A DNA stretch of 64,000 nucleotides from Patescibacteria group bacterium (GCA_041665085.1 JBAYJO010000004.1:20004-84003), one strand, 5' to 3'. Positions 22,221-31,521 are shown, counted from the stretch's first letter. Notes: generated by a model from the letters alone, not told the origin. Program-made: numbers and translations.

Positions 22221-22535
22221 ATGGTAAAGAAAGTAATGCATAATTCAAAATTAAACAACAAAGAAAGAGCTATTTTGGCTGTTAAAAGAACCAATAAGCA
22301 TATTTATTGTGATATTGTAGATCAAAATACCGGTCTTGTTCTAGATTCTGCATCTGATGCTGATATTAAAACAGGTACAAAAACAGAAAAATCAGCTGAA
22401 GTAGGAAAACTTGTTGCAAATCTTGCTAAAGAGCATAATATTACAAAAGTAGTTTTTGATAGAAAAGGTTACAAATTTCATGGTCGAGTTAAAATGCTGG
22501 CAGACAGTGCTAGAAAAAATGGATTGGAGTTCTAA
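22221..22535 (+). CDS. rplR: 50S ribosomal protein L18
   Basis: L18 family similarity. Operon position fits. Confidence 0.9.
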   Translation: MVKKVMHNSKLNNKERAILAVKRTNKHIYCDIVDQNTGLVLDSASDADIKTGTKTEKSAEVGKLVANLAKEHNITKVVFDRKGYKFHGRVKMLADSARKNGLEF

Positions 22536-23206
22536 TGGCTAATTATACCGCACAAGAAAAACAATTGCCGGAATTTGAAGAAAAAGTTTTAGAAATTAAT
22601 AGAATTTCAAGAACTGTTAAAGGTGGACGAAGATTAAGATTTCGTGCCTTAGTTTTGGTTGGAAATAGAAAAGGCAAAGTCGGTTTTGGTATAGCCAAAG
22701 CTTCAGAAGTTGTTGTTGCTATAAATAAAGCAAAAAAACAGGCTATGAAAAATATTATTTTAGTTCCAATTGTAAACGATACAATCCCACATCTAGTTAC
22801 AGCTTCGTTTGGTAGCTCGGATATATTACTTAAACCTGCTCCAGTTGGTACTTCATTAATTGCCGGCGGTTCGATCAGAAGCATTTTGGAAATTGCTGGA
22901 ATTAAAAATATTGTTTCAAAATCTCTTGGCAGCAATACTAAGATTAATGTTGTATCTGCAACATTTAAAGCAATTCTAGCATTAAAAATTGGCAACAATA
23001 CAAAAAAATCTGTCAAAGCAGAAGATGAAAAACAAAAAGAAATAAAATCTGAAGAAACTAAAGCTGAAGCAGTAAAGCCAATTAAAAAAGCTACAAATTC
23101 AACAGATAAAGAAAAATCAACCAAAGAAGTAAAAACAGAAAAATTATTACCAAAAGAGACTGCTGCGAAAAAACCTAAGGTTGAGAAAATAACCAAGAAA
23201 AAATAA
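22535..23206 (+). CDS. rpsE: 30S ribosomal protein S5 with K/E-rich C-terminal extension
   Basis: S5 core plus a roughly 70-aa K/E tail. It is directly followed by rplO, with no rpmD (L30) gene between. Confidence 0.93.
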   Translation: MANYTAQEKQLPEFEEKVLEINRISRTVKGGRRLRFRALVLVGNRKGKVGFGIAKASEVVVAINKAKKQAMKNIILVPIVNDTIPHLVTASFGSSDILLKPAPVGTSLIAGGSIRSILEIAGIKNIVSKSLGSNTKINVVSATFKAILALKIGNNTKKSVKAEDEKQKEIKSEETKAEAVKPIKKATNSTDKEKSTKEVKTEKLLPKETAAKKPKVEKITKKK

Positions 23207-23217
23207 AAGGATTTGCA

Positions 23218-23646
23218 ATGAGAATAGATGAATTAAAACCATTTGATAAAAAGAAATCATCCAAAAGAGTTGGGCGAGGTATTGGTAGTGGTAAAGGAAA
23301 AACATCAACTCGTGGTATGAGTGGACAAAAATCCAGGTCAGGTTTTAATTTGTCGTGGAATTTTGAAGGCGGACAATCAACACTAGGATCTAGACTTCCT
23401 AAAAGAAGAGGAATTGGTTCATGTTTAAGAAAATATCAATCATTAAATATTAAACTTGTTGAAAGTAAATTTACAGAAAAAGAAGAAATAAATCCCGAAG
23501 CGCTTGTTTTAAAAGGATTAATTAAAAATACAAAACTACCAGTCAAAATTTTTGGTCAAACCGATAAAGTATATATTATTAAAAACTGTCGAGTTACAAA
23601 AAGTCTATTACAATTAGTAAAGGCAGAAGATGCTAAAAAAGCTTAG
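23218..23646 (+). CDS. rplO: 50S ribosomal protein L15
   Basis: L15 family similarity (GRGIGSGKGKTSTRG). Confidence 0.93.
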   Translation: MRIDELKPFDKKKSSKRVGRGIGSGKGKTSTRGMSGQKSRSGFNLSWNFEGGQSTLGSRLPKRRGIGSCLRKYQSLNIKLVESKFTEKEEINPEALVLKGLIKNTKLPVKIFGQTDKVYIIKNCRVTKSLLQLVKAEDAKKA

Positions 23647-24898
23647 TCAAATTTTTTCATCTCCGGATCTAAGAAATAAAATTTTAGTTAGTCTTTTCAT
23701 CGTAGTAATTGCTCGTTTTTTGGCGCACATTCCAATGCCGGGGGTAAATACTGAAGAATTAAAAAATTTTTTTAGCAGAAACCAAATTTTTGGTTTTTTA
23801 AATATGTTTTCCGGCGGAGCAATGGAAAATTTTTCACTTATAATGATGGGTGTAGGTCCTTTTATTACAGCATCGATTATATTTCAACTTCTGCAAATGA
23901 TAGTTCCAAGTATTGAAGCTTTATCTAAAGAAGGTGAAAGAGGAAGGCAAAAAATAAATCAATGGACCAGATATGCTGCAGTTCCTCTTGCAATTATTCA
24001 AGCATTTGGCACAACAGCTCTTCTTAAAAATCAAGGAGTAATTACAAATCTTAGTGGATTGCCATTTATTACAATGCTTATTTCAGTAACAGCCGGCACA
24101 ATGCTTTTGATGTACTTGGGAGAAATTCTATCGGAAAAAGGTATTGGAAATGGAATGAGCATAATTATTGCAGTTGGAATTCTTTCCGGATACCCAATGA
24201 ATATTAGAAATACAGCCGCTGTCATTGGAACAGATAAAGCTTTGGGGTTAATATTATTTATAGCTATCTTAGTGGTTGTAATTGCTTTAATTGTAATAAT
24301 GAATGAAGGAGTTAGACAAATTCCTATTTCTTATGCTAGAAGAACAAGAGGAACTAAATCTTACGGCGGAGTAGATACTTATTTGCCTTTAAGAGTAAAT
24401 ACCGGTGGCGTTGTTCCAATAATTTTTGCCTTGTCGTTTATGCTTTTTCCGGGAATTATTGCAAAATTTTTTACAGCAGCCAGGTCGCCATGGCTTTCAG
24501 ATATGGCTTTCAAAGTTTCCGCCTTTTTTTCTAACAATACTTATTATGGAATCATCTATTTTATAGCAACAATAATATTTACCTATTTCTATGCAAGTAT
24601 TATTTTTAAGCCAACTGAAGTTGCGGAAAACCTTCAGAAACAAGGTGGCTTTATCCCAGGGATAAGACCTGGAACAGAAACAGCAAGTTTTCTTGCAAAA
24701 GTTTTAAATAGAATAACTTTTGTCGGTGCCTTGTTCCTTGGATTCATTGCTGTCTTGCCATTTATAGTTCAGTCTTTAACGCAAATCAACACAATTGTTA
24801 TCGGCGGTACTGGAATGCTGATTATTGTAAGCGTGATTATTGAAACCTCAAGACAAATTAAAGCGCAGCTATTAATGCGAACATACGATACATATTAA
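23630..24898 (+). CDS. secY: preprotein translocase subunit SecY
   Basis: 422 aa with 10 TM segments. The SecY position follows rplO. Confidence 0.95.
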   Translation: MLKKLSQIFSSPDLRNKILVSLFIVVIARFLAHIPMPGVNTEELKNFFSRNQIFGFLNMFSGGAMENFSLIMMGVGPFITASIIFQLLQMIVPSIEALSKEGERGRQKINQWTRYAAVPLAIIQAFGTTALLKNQGVITNLSGLPFITMLISVTAGTMLLMYLGEILSEKGIGNGMSIIIAVGILSGYPMNIRNTAAVIGTDKALGLILFIAILVVVIALIVIMNEGVRQIPISYARRTRGTKSYGGVDTYLPLRVNTGGVVPIIFALSFMLFPGIIAKFFTAARSPWLSDMAFKVSAFFSNNTYYGIIYFIATIIFTYFYASIIFKPTEVAENLQKQGGFIPGIRPGTETASFLAKVLNRITFVGALFLGFIAVLPFIVQSLTQINTIVIGGTGMLIIVSVIIETSRQIKAQLLMRTYDTY

Positions 24899-24967
24899 GT
24901 CATTCTTGATTGCTGCTGTTGTCTAAAAAAATATTCCCGATATAATATAAAGGAAAAGGAATATTAA

Positions 24968-25696
24968 ATGAAAAAACCAATTTTAACTCTTTTGATAATT
25001 ATTATTGCGGGCTTAACTGTCAGTACTAGCTATTTTTATAATCAGTCGAAAAAATCGCCAAATACAAATACTGGATTAACAAATATCACACCTGATCAAA
25101 CTGAAAACGAAAATATAAATCAATCCTTATCAAATATAAATACTAATACAAATAGTTTAAATCAAAATTCTAATACAAATATATCTACTGACGGTGAAGT
25201 TTCTCCAGCTGTAAATAAAAATCGTGCCTCAAATCCGGAAAAAACATATCAAGTAAAATCAGGTGAAACTTTATATCCGATTGGTTTAAAATTCAATTTA
25301 GATTGGAACTATATCGCCCGCGCCAATGGACTTGAAGATTCCAATAGTATTAAAGCTAATTCAGTATTGGTTATTCCGATTTATGATACTGATTCTAAAA
25401 AACTATCAGTCAATTATTCAGTTGATCAAGCTAAAGCAGATGAACTTCAAAAAAATATTTCAACTGGAAAAGAAACATGGAGACTTGATCCGATTGAAGT
25501 TGCAAAAAAAGAATCATATCCTTGTTTCGGTTTTAGTAGTAATGATACATACACTTTAGCGAGCAAAAGTGAAGAAAAAGGAATCGCTCAAATTAGTGTA
25601 GTTAAAAATAATATTAGTTATGAAATAGGGCTTACAGAGCCAGCAACAAAAGGAGCAGATGGTATTTGGACAATAAGTTATATAAAGGAAATATAA
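24968..25696 (+). CDS. secreted/membrane-anchored LysM-domain protein with N/T/S-rich linker
   Basis: N-terminal hydrophobic anchor. LysM signature YQVKSGETLYPIGLKFNLDWNYIARANGL...SVLVIP. Confidence 0.7.
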   Translation: MKKPILTLLIIIIAGLTVSTSYFYNQSKKSPNTNTGLTNITPDQTENENINQSLSNINTNTNSLNQNSNTNISTDGEVSPAVNKNRASNPEKTYQVKSGETLYPIGLKFNLDWNYIARANGLEDSNSIKANSVLVIPIYDTDSKKLSVNYSVDQAKADELQKNISTGKETWRLDPIEVAKKESYPCFGFSSNDTYTLASKSEEKGIAQISVVKNNISYEIGLTEPATKGADGIWTISYIKEI

Positions 25697-26334
25697 TGGT
25701 AAAAGATTTAATAATATTAATCGGACCGCCAGCATCAGGCAAAGGAACTCAAGGAAAAATAATTTCAGATCACATTAAGTATGAATATTTTGCTATGAGC
25801 CAAGCTATTGATGAATTTATTGAGGCAAATCCAAGCAGAAAAGACGAAATTAGATCATTTATTAATTCGGGACAATTAGTTCCAGATTCTACAATTGAAG
25901 AAATAATTGCCTATAAATTTTCTAATTCCGAATCAGGTGTTGTAACAGATGGTTTTCCTCGAACAATTGAACAAGCAAAATTTTTAGATAAAAATTTTAA
26001 TGATATAACAAAGCGCGTTTTTTATTTAAATTTAAAGGATGATTCAGTTATTTCAAGAATCGAAGGAAGACGAGTCTGCTCCAGCTGTAATAACATTTTT
26101 TTTCCTCCCGAAAGCCTAACTCTTGCTAACTGTCCTCAATGCAACGGTAAAATTATTCAAAGACTCGATGATAATATTGAAACTGTAAAAATAAGACTGC
26201 AAAAATATCACGAAGAAACTGAACCTTTAATCGAATATTACAAAGAGCAAGACAAATTAATCAAAATTGACGCAGAACCTTCAATCGAACAAATTACAGA
26301 AAATATTTTGGATTATTTGGAAAATGCTAAATAA
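25696..26334 (+). CDS. adk: adenylate kinase (zinc-lid type)
   Basis: P-loop GPPASGKGTQ. Lid CSSCNNIFFPP...CPQC. Start is ATG at 25696, overlapping the upstream stop (TAATG). Confidence 0.95.
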   Translation: MVKDLIILIGPPASGKGTQGKIISDHIKYEYFAMSQAIDEFIEANPSRKDEIRSFINSGQLVPDSTIEEIIAYKFSNSESGVVTDGFPRTIEQAKFLDKNFNDITKRVFYLNLKDDSVISRIEGRRVCSSCNNIFFPPESLTLANCPQCNGKIIQRLDDNIETVKIRLQKYHEETEPLIEYYKEQDKLIKIDAEPSIEQITENILDYLENAK

Positions 26335-26350
26335 AGATAAATACAAATCA

Positions 26351-27064
26351 ATGAAAACAGGCGGCAAATATCTTGCCGAGATTTTAAGTATCTTATCAGA
26401 AAAAATAAAACCAAATATTAGTACTCAAGATATCGAAAATTGGACCATTGAATTTCTTAAGAAAAATGATATTAAATCTGCATTTCTCGGATTTGGCGGC
26501 TATCCAAAAAATATTTGTGTATCGATAAATGATGAAATTGTTCATGGAGTACCAAATTCAAATAAAATAATCCATGATGGAGATTTAGTCTCGCTTGATA
26601 TGGGAATTAATTATAATGGTTACATGACAGATATGGCAACAACTGTTGCTGTTGGAAAAATAACAGATGAGGAAAAAAGACTGCTTGAAGGAACTGAAAT
26701 GGCCCTAACTCGTGTCATATCAGAAATAAAAACAGGTGATAGAGTTGGTAAAATAGGCCAAATTATTGCTCAAACAGCAAAAGAATATAACTTAAAAATA
26801 ATTTATGAATTAACAGGCCACGGAGTCGGTAAAAAATTACACGAAGATCCGATTGTTTACAATTATGGCAATGAAAACAACGGACCGATTCTTAATGAGG
26901 GCGCTACAATTGCAATTGAGCCTATGTTTTCACTTGGAAGTTCCAAAATTATTACCAAATCTGACAAATGGACTTATTCAACTCAAGACGGTTCAAAAGC
27001 AGCGCATTTTGAAAAAACCATTATGTTTATGAAAAATGGAGTGGAAGTTTTAACTAAAATGTAG
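26351..27064 (+). CDS. map: methionine aminopeptidase type I
   Basis: MetAP fold residues (HGVPNS..., DMG, HGVGKKLHE, IEPMF). ATG at 26351 is preferred over the track ORF start 26267, which would overlap adk. Confidence 0.9.
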   Translation: MKTGGKYLAEILSILSEKIKPNISTQDIENWTIEFLKKNDIKSAFLGFGGYPKNICVSINDEIVHGVPNSNKIIHDGDLVSLDMGINYNGYMTDMATTVAVGKITDEEKRLLEGTEMALTRVISEIKTGDRVGKIGQIIAQTAKEYNLKIIYELTGHGVGKKLHEDPIVYNYGNENNGPILNEGATIAIEPMFSLGSSKIITKSDKWTYSTQDGSKAAHFEKTIMFMKNGVEVLTKM

Positions 27065-27100
27065 TTTAATAATAATGTAATATAATTAATAGGAGGCAGT

Positions 27101-27277
27101 ATGACATGTAGTACATGTGGCAAAGAAATTACAGAGGAAACTAAGTGTAGTTGCGATGAGACAAAGTGTAGCGATTGTTGCGAATGTGAAGAAGGATGCA
27201 GTTGTGGATGTAAAGACAAGAAGAACGAATCAGCTGAAACAGAAGAAGACACAGAAGAGTCAGACGAAACAGAATAA
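27101..27277 (+). CDS. 58-aa Cys-rich metallothionein-like small protein (11 Cys, acidic tail)
   Basis: RBS AGGAGG 5 nt upstream of ATG. Product is MTCSTCGKEITEETKCSCDETKCSDCCECEEGCSCGCKDKKNESAETEEDTEESDETE. A strong hairpin follows at 27294-27345. Absent from the ORF track only because it is under 60 aa. Confidence 0.6.
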   Translation: MTCSTCGKEITEETKCSCDETKCSDCCECEEGCSCGCKDKKNESAETEEDTEESDETE

Positions 27278-27293
27278 AGAAATTTAACAATAA

Positions 27294-27345
27294 ATACACT
27301 CAAACAGGCCCTATTTAACCAAATTGGGGCTATGTTTGAGTGTAT
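27294..27345 (+). terminator. Long hairpin ATACACTCAAACAGGCCC / GGGGCTATGTTTGAGTGTAT after the Cys-rich ORF
   Basis: Stem of about 18 bp with a 14-nt loop. A promoter-like TTGCAC-N17-TAATAT follows, upstream of infA. Confidence 0.45.
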
Positions 27346-27432
27346 AAATTGAAAAAGAGATAAAATAGAGCAAATGAACCATAAAAACACTTGCACAAAT
27401 TCAAAGCATATGATAATATATAAATACAATTA

Positions 27433-27645
27433 ATGAAAAAAGATTTTATTGAGTTAACAGGTTTGGTTACCGAGGCATTGCCAAATGCTATGTTTCGAGT
27501 TGAGCTTGAAAACAAAGAAATAATAATCGGCCATATTTCCGGTAAAATGCGATTGCATAGCATTCGAATCTTACCTGGCGATAAGGTATTAGTAGAGCTA
27601 ACCCCCTATGACTTGTCAAAGGGAAGAATAACTCGAAGATTATAA
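27433..27645 (+). CDS. infA: translation initiation factor IF-1
   Basis: 70 aa with an S1-like fold (GHISGKMR...[21 protein letters not shown]). Confidence 0.95.
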   Translation: MKKDFIELTGLVTEALPNAMFRVELENKEIIIGHISGKMRLHSIRILPGDKVLVELTPYDLSKGRITRRL

Positions 27646-27699
27646 TTCTATTTAAAAGTATCAATATAAAGATAAAGCAACAACTATCAGGAAGGCGCA

Positions 27700-27813
27700 A
27701 TGAAAGTTTCTGCATCTGCTAAAAAAATTTGTTTAAAATGTAAGATAATAAAACGCAAACGAATTGTTCGCGTTATTTGTGAAAATCCAAAACATAAACA
27801 GAGACAAGGATAA
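27700..27813 (+). CDS. rpmJ: 50S ribosomal protein L36
   Basis: [37 protein letters not shown]. Under 60 aa, so absent from the ORF track. Confidence 0.9.
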   Translation: MKVSASAKKICLKCKIIKRKRIVRVICENPKHKQRQG

Positions 27814-27814
27814 A

Positions 27815-28201
27815 ATGGCAAGAATTGCAGGTTTAAATATTGATGACAAAAAAAGAATTCCTTATGGTCTGGCTTTAATATACGGAATAGGAATAGCTAA
27901 AGGTAAAGAAATTTGTCAAAGATTAAAAATAAGTGAATCATTAAAATTTTCTGATTTAACTGAAGCGGAAATAGACAAAATTCGAAGTTTTATTGATAAG
28001 AATTATAAAATAGAAGGTGATCTAAGAACAGAAATTACTCAAAATGTAAAAAGATTAAAAGAAATTAGTGCATATAGAGGTGTTAGACATATTAAAAATT
28101 TACCGGTAAGAGGACAAAGAACAAAAACAAATGCTAGAACCAAAAGAGGAAGAAAAGTAACTGTTGGTTCGGGTAGAAAAAAAGCAGCTGAAAAGACATA
28201 A
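27815..28201 (+). CDS. rpsM: 30S ribosomal protein S13
   Basis: MARIAGLNIDDKKRIPYGLALIYGIG matches the S13 N-terminus. The track ORF 27764 starts inside rpmJ. Confidence 0.95.
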   Translation: MARIAGLNIDDKKRIPYGLALIYGIGIAKGKEICQRLKISESLKFSDLTEAEIDKIRSFIDKNYKIEGDLRTEITQNVKRLKEISAYRGVRHIKNLPVRGQRTKTNARTKRGRKVTVGSGRKKAAEKT

Positions 28202-28256
28202 GCTATAAACAACTTTATGAACTTTACAGACTTTATAAACTTTTAACTAATATATT

Positions 28257-28655
28257 ATGGCCAAAGCAGTAAAAAATACAACAAAAACCAAGAAAAAAGT
28301 AATTAAATCATTTGAACATGGTAGAATTTATATTCAATCAAGTTTTAATAATACAATTATTTCTTTTACCGACCAAGACGGAAATGTTATTAACTGGACA
28401 AGTGCCGGCAAAGAAGGTTTTAAAGGATCGCGAAGATCCACCCCGTATGCTGCTCAAGTTTCAGCCAAGAAATTATATGGCTTATTTGAAATTCACGGAG
28501 TTAGATCACTTGATGTTTTTGTTTCCGGAGTCGGAACTGGCCGAGAATCTGCAGTTAGAGCATTACAAGGTATGAATGTTGAAATTAAAAGCATAAAAGA
28601 CACTACACCGGTTCCGCATAATGGTTGTAGAGCTAAAAAGATTAGAAGAGTCTAA
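28257..28655 (+). CDS. rpsK: 30S ribosomal protein S11
   Basis: S11 family similarity (GRIYIQSSFNNTIISFTD). Confidence 0.95.
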   Translation: MAKAVKNTTKTKKKVIKSFEHGRIYIQSSFNNTIISFTDQDGNVINWTSAGKEGFKGSRRSTPYAAQVSAKKLYGLFEIHGVRSLDVFVSGVGTGRESAVRALQGMNVEIKSIKDTTPVPHNGCRAKKIRRV

Positions 28656-28663
28656 GGAGATTA

Positions 28664-29254
28664 ATGGTCAAGCAAAACGTTTGTAAAAAATGTAGAAGAG
28701 AAAGTATTAAGCTTTTCTTAAAAGGTGAAAGATGCAATGGCGCTAAATGCGCGGTAGCTAGAAGGATTGATTCAAAGAAAACTACTACCGGACGAAGAGG
28801 ACTTGTTTCTTCTGAATATGGTCATCAATTAAGAGAAAAACAAAAAGTTAAATCAATTTATGGTATTTCTGAAAAACAACTTGTTATAATTTTTAAAAAA
28901 TCTCTTAAAGCAGAAGGTAATACTTCAGAACTTGTATTGCAGCATCTTGAAAGAAGACTAGATAATATTGTTTATAGGCTTGGATTTGGAAAATCAAGAG
29001 CAGAAGCAAAGCAGATGGTCTCGCATGGACATATTAAAGTTAATAAAAAGAAAGTAAATATTTCTTCATATGAACTTTCTGTCGATGATACAATTTCGCT
29101 TGGAACAAAATTTGAATTAGTGGAAGCAGAAACCCCAGATTGGTTAAAAATTGATAAAAAAAATAAAGAGGGCAAAGTCCTCGAACTGCCAACAAGGGAA
29201 CAGATCCCAAGTGAGGTAGAAGAACAATTAATAATTGAATTTTACTCTAGATAG
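28664..29254 (+). CDS. rpsD: 30S ribosomal protein S4 (zinc-ribbon N-terminus)
   Basis: CKKCRRE...CNGAKC plus an S4 RNA-binding domain. Confidence 0.93.
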   Translation: MVKQNVCKKCRRESIKLFLKGERCNGAKCAVARRIDSKKTTTGRRGLVSSEYGHQLREKQKVKSIYGISEKQLVIIFKKSLKAEGNTSELVLQHLERRLDNIVYRLGFGKSRAEAKQMVSHGHIKVNKKKVNISSYELSVDDTISLGTKFELVEAETPDWLKIDKKNKEGKVLELPTREQIPSEVEEQLIIEFYSR

Positions 29255-29273
29255 ATAGAGAGGAGAAAGAAAT

Positions 29274-30179
29274 ATGTCGCAATTTACATTACCAGAAACA
29301 GCATTGATGAAGTACGAACAAACAAAAAGAGAAGGAAATTCAGCAACTTTTGAAATTGAGCCGTTGTCTCCAGGATTTGGTGTTACAATAGGAAATGCTT
29401 TGAGAAGAGTTCTCCTGTCATCACTTGAAGGTGCAGCTATTTCAGCTGTAAAATTTGAAGAAGCAAATCATGAATTTTCAACAATTGCAGGTATTAAAGA
29501 AGATATTGTTGAAATAATTTTGAATCTTAAAAAAGTAAACCTTAAATTACATGGGGATGAAAAAACCATTTTATCGCTAAGTGCAAAAGGACCAAAAGAA
29601 ATTAAAGCATCTGATTTTACTGCTAATGCTTTAGTAGAAATAACAAACCCAAATCAACATATTGCAACTTTAGATAAAGGTGCAAAGCTTGAAATGGAAG
29701 TAGTTGTTGAAAAAGGCCGCGGATATGCTCCGGTAGAAAAAAGAGTTGATGAAAAATTACCTCTTGGAAATATTGCAATTGATTGTATTTTTTCACCTGT
29801 AACTCGAGTTAATTTCAATGTTGAAAATACTCGTGTTGGAGGCATGACAAACTTTGATAAACTGACACTAGAAATTATTACTAATGGAATTATCGATCCT
29901 GAAGATGCATTAAAACAAGCAGCAAGAATATTGGTTGAACATTATGGATTAATTTCAGGTGATTTGGTTGTTGAAGAAGAATCTCTTGAAGTACTTGAAG
30001 ACGAACAAATGAATAGTGAGCAAGAAATTGAAAAAGCAATTGAAGAAGATTTAAAACCTGTTAAAAAAACAAGAAAATCAAAAACAGAATCAGACGAAAA
30101 ATCGGAAAAAGCATCAGAAGCAGAATCAGTTGTAGCCAAGCCTGTTAAGAAGTCTAAATCTAAATCAGAGGATAAATAA
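29274..30179 (+). CDS. rpoA: DNA-directed RNA polymerase subunit alpha, apparently lacking a canonical alpha-CTD
   Basis: The N-terminal domain is alignable to RpoA. The C-terminal 70 aa is acidic/Lys-rich with no helix-hairpin-helix. Confidence 0.9.
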   Translation: MSQFTLPETALMKYEQTKREGNSATFEIEPLSPGFGVTIGNALRRVLLSSLEGAAISAVKFEEANHEFSTIAGIKEDIVEIILNLKKVNLKLHGDEKTILSLSAKGPKEIKASDFTANALVEITNPNQHIATLDKGAKLEMEVVVEKGRGYAPVEKRVDEKLPLGNIAIDCIFSPVTRVNFNVENTRVGGMTNFDKLTLEIITNGIIDPEDALKQAARILVEHYGLISGDLVVEEESLEVLEDEQMNSEQEIEKAIEEDLKPVKKTRKSKTESDEKSEKASEAESVVAKPVKKSKSKSEDK

Positions 30180-30658
30180 TGCGTAAGTTAGGAAGAAAAA
30201 AAGCAAATCGAAATCATTTGGTAAGAAATTTGCTTACTTCTATTATATTATACGAAAAAGTTGTAACAACTGAAGCAAAGGCAAAAACCATAAAAAGTGA
30301 GATTGATAGAATAATTACAAAAGCAAAGAAAAATGATCTTGCAGCCAGAAGATATGTTGCCAAAATATTATTTGATATGAATGCAGTTAAAAAAACCATG
30401 GAAGTTTTAGCTCCAAGATATATTAACAGAACAAGCGGTTATACTCAAATTTACAAATTAGGTCAAAGAGTTGGCGATGGGGCACCAAAATATCAAATCA
30501 ACTTAATTCAGGAAGAAGCTGCAAAGAAAGAAACCGGAAAAGCTTCAAAAGATAAAAAAACAGAAAAAAAGACAGAAAATCAAGTTGAAAGTAAGAGTAT
30601 TGAAAAAGAAGAAATTATTGAAAATGTAGAAGAAAAGGAAAGCAATGGCAGAGAATAA
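30179..30658 (+). CDS. rplQ: 50S ribosomal protein L17 with K/E-rich extension
   Basis: L17 core (MRKLGRKKANRNHLVRNL) plus a tail. Confidence 0.92.
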   Translation: MRKLGRKKANRNHLVRNLLTSIILYEKVVTTEAKAKTIKSEIDRIITKAKKNDLAARRYVAKILFDMNAVKKTMEVLAPRYINRTSGYTQIYKLGQRVGDGAPKYQINLIQEEAAKKETGKASKDKKTEKKTENQVESKSIEKEEIIENVEEKESNGRE

Positions 30659-31004
30659 TAAAACAATTGAAATTGATGCCGCAGGACAGGTGCTAGGTAG
30701 ACTTGCAACTGAAGTTGCATCTCTTTTGCGCGGTAAAAATTTAGTTGATTTTGCACCTAATAAACTTTCAGGTGTTAAGGTTGTAATTAAAAACGCAGAA
30801 AAAATCAGATTAACAGGAAATAAGATTGAAGATAAAAAATACCAAAGACATACCGGTTATATTGGAAATCTTAAAACCAAAACATTAAAAGTCATGATAG
30901 AAAAACCTGAATTTGTAATTAATCACGCAGTTTCTGGTATGCTTCCAAAAAATAGACTTCAAAAAGAATGGATGAAAAATTTAACTATACTTAAAGGTGA
31001 ATAA
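30645..31004 (+). CDS. rplM: 50S ribosomal protein L13
   Basis: L13 family similarity. Confidence 0.9.
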   Translation: MAENNKTIEIDAAGQVLGRLATEVASLLRGKNLVDFAPNKLSGVKVVIKNAEKIRLTGNKIEDKKYQRHTGYIGNLKTKTLKVMIEKPEFVINHAVSGMLPKNRLQKEWMKNLTILKGE

Positions 31005-31006
31005 AT

Positions 31007-31390
31007 ATGGCCAAAACTGCTGAAAATAAATATTATTATGGTACAGGACGAAGAAAAACCGCAATTGCTCGAGTAAGAGTTATGCCGGGAAAAGGAATGC
31101 TTACAATCAATGGAAAATTGATTGAAGAAGTTGAAGATATTTATTTTTCACCTATGAAAACCTGCAATTTAACTGGTTTTGATATTTCAGCTATTACTAA
31201 TGGTGGCGGTATTGTTTCACAAAAAGAAGCAGTTAGACTTGGTGTTAGCCGCGCTCTTGTTGCGCTAAATCCTGAAAATAAAGCTATTTTAAGAAAACTT
31301 GGATTCATGACTCGTGATTCACGAGAAAAAGAACGAAAGAAACCTGGACTCAAACGAGCAAGACGCGCTCCTCAATTTGCCAAGCGTTAA
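31007..31390 (+). CDS. rpsI: 30S ribosomal protein S9
   Basis: The S9 C-terminus ...KPGLKRARRAPQFAKR is diagnostic. Confidence 0.95.
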   Translation: MAKTAENKYYYGTGRRKTAIARVRVMPGKGMLTINGKLIEEVEDIYFSPMKTCNLTGFDISAITNGGGIVSQKEAVRLGVSRALVALNPENKAILRKLGFMTRDSREKERKKPGLKRARRAPQFAKR

Positions 31391-31521
31391 GAGATAATTC
31401 AAAATTTAAATCTAAAAAATTAAATCCACAACTAAAAAGCTGTAAGGCAAAAATAATATTTGGAAATAAAGTTTTAAATTTTAAATTGTGGTTTTAATTT
31501 ATTACTTTTTAACTTTAAGTT

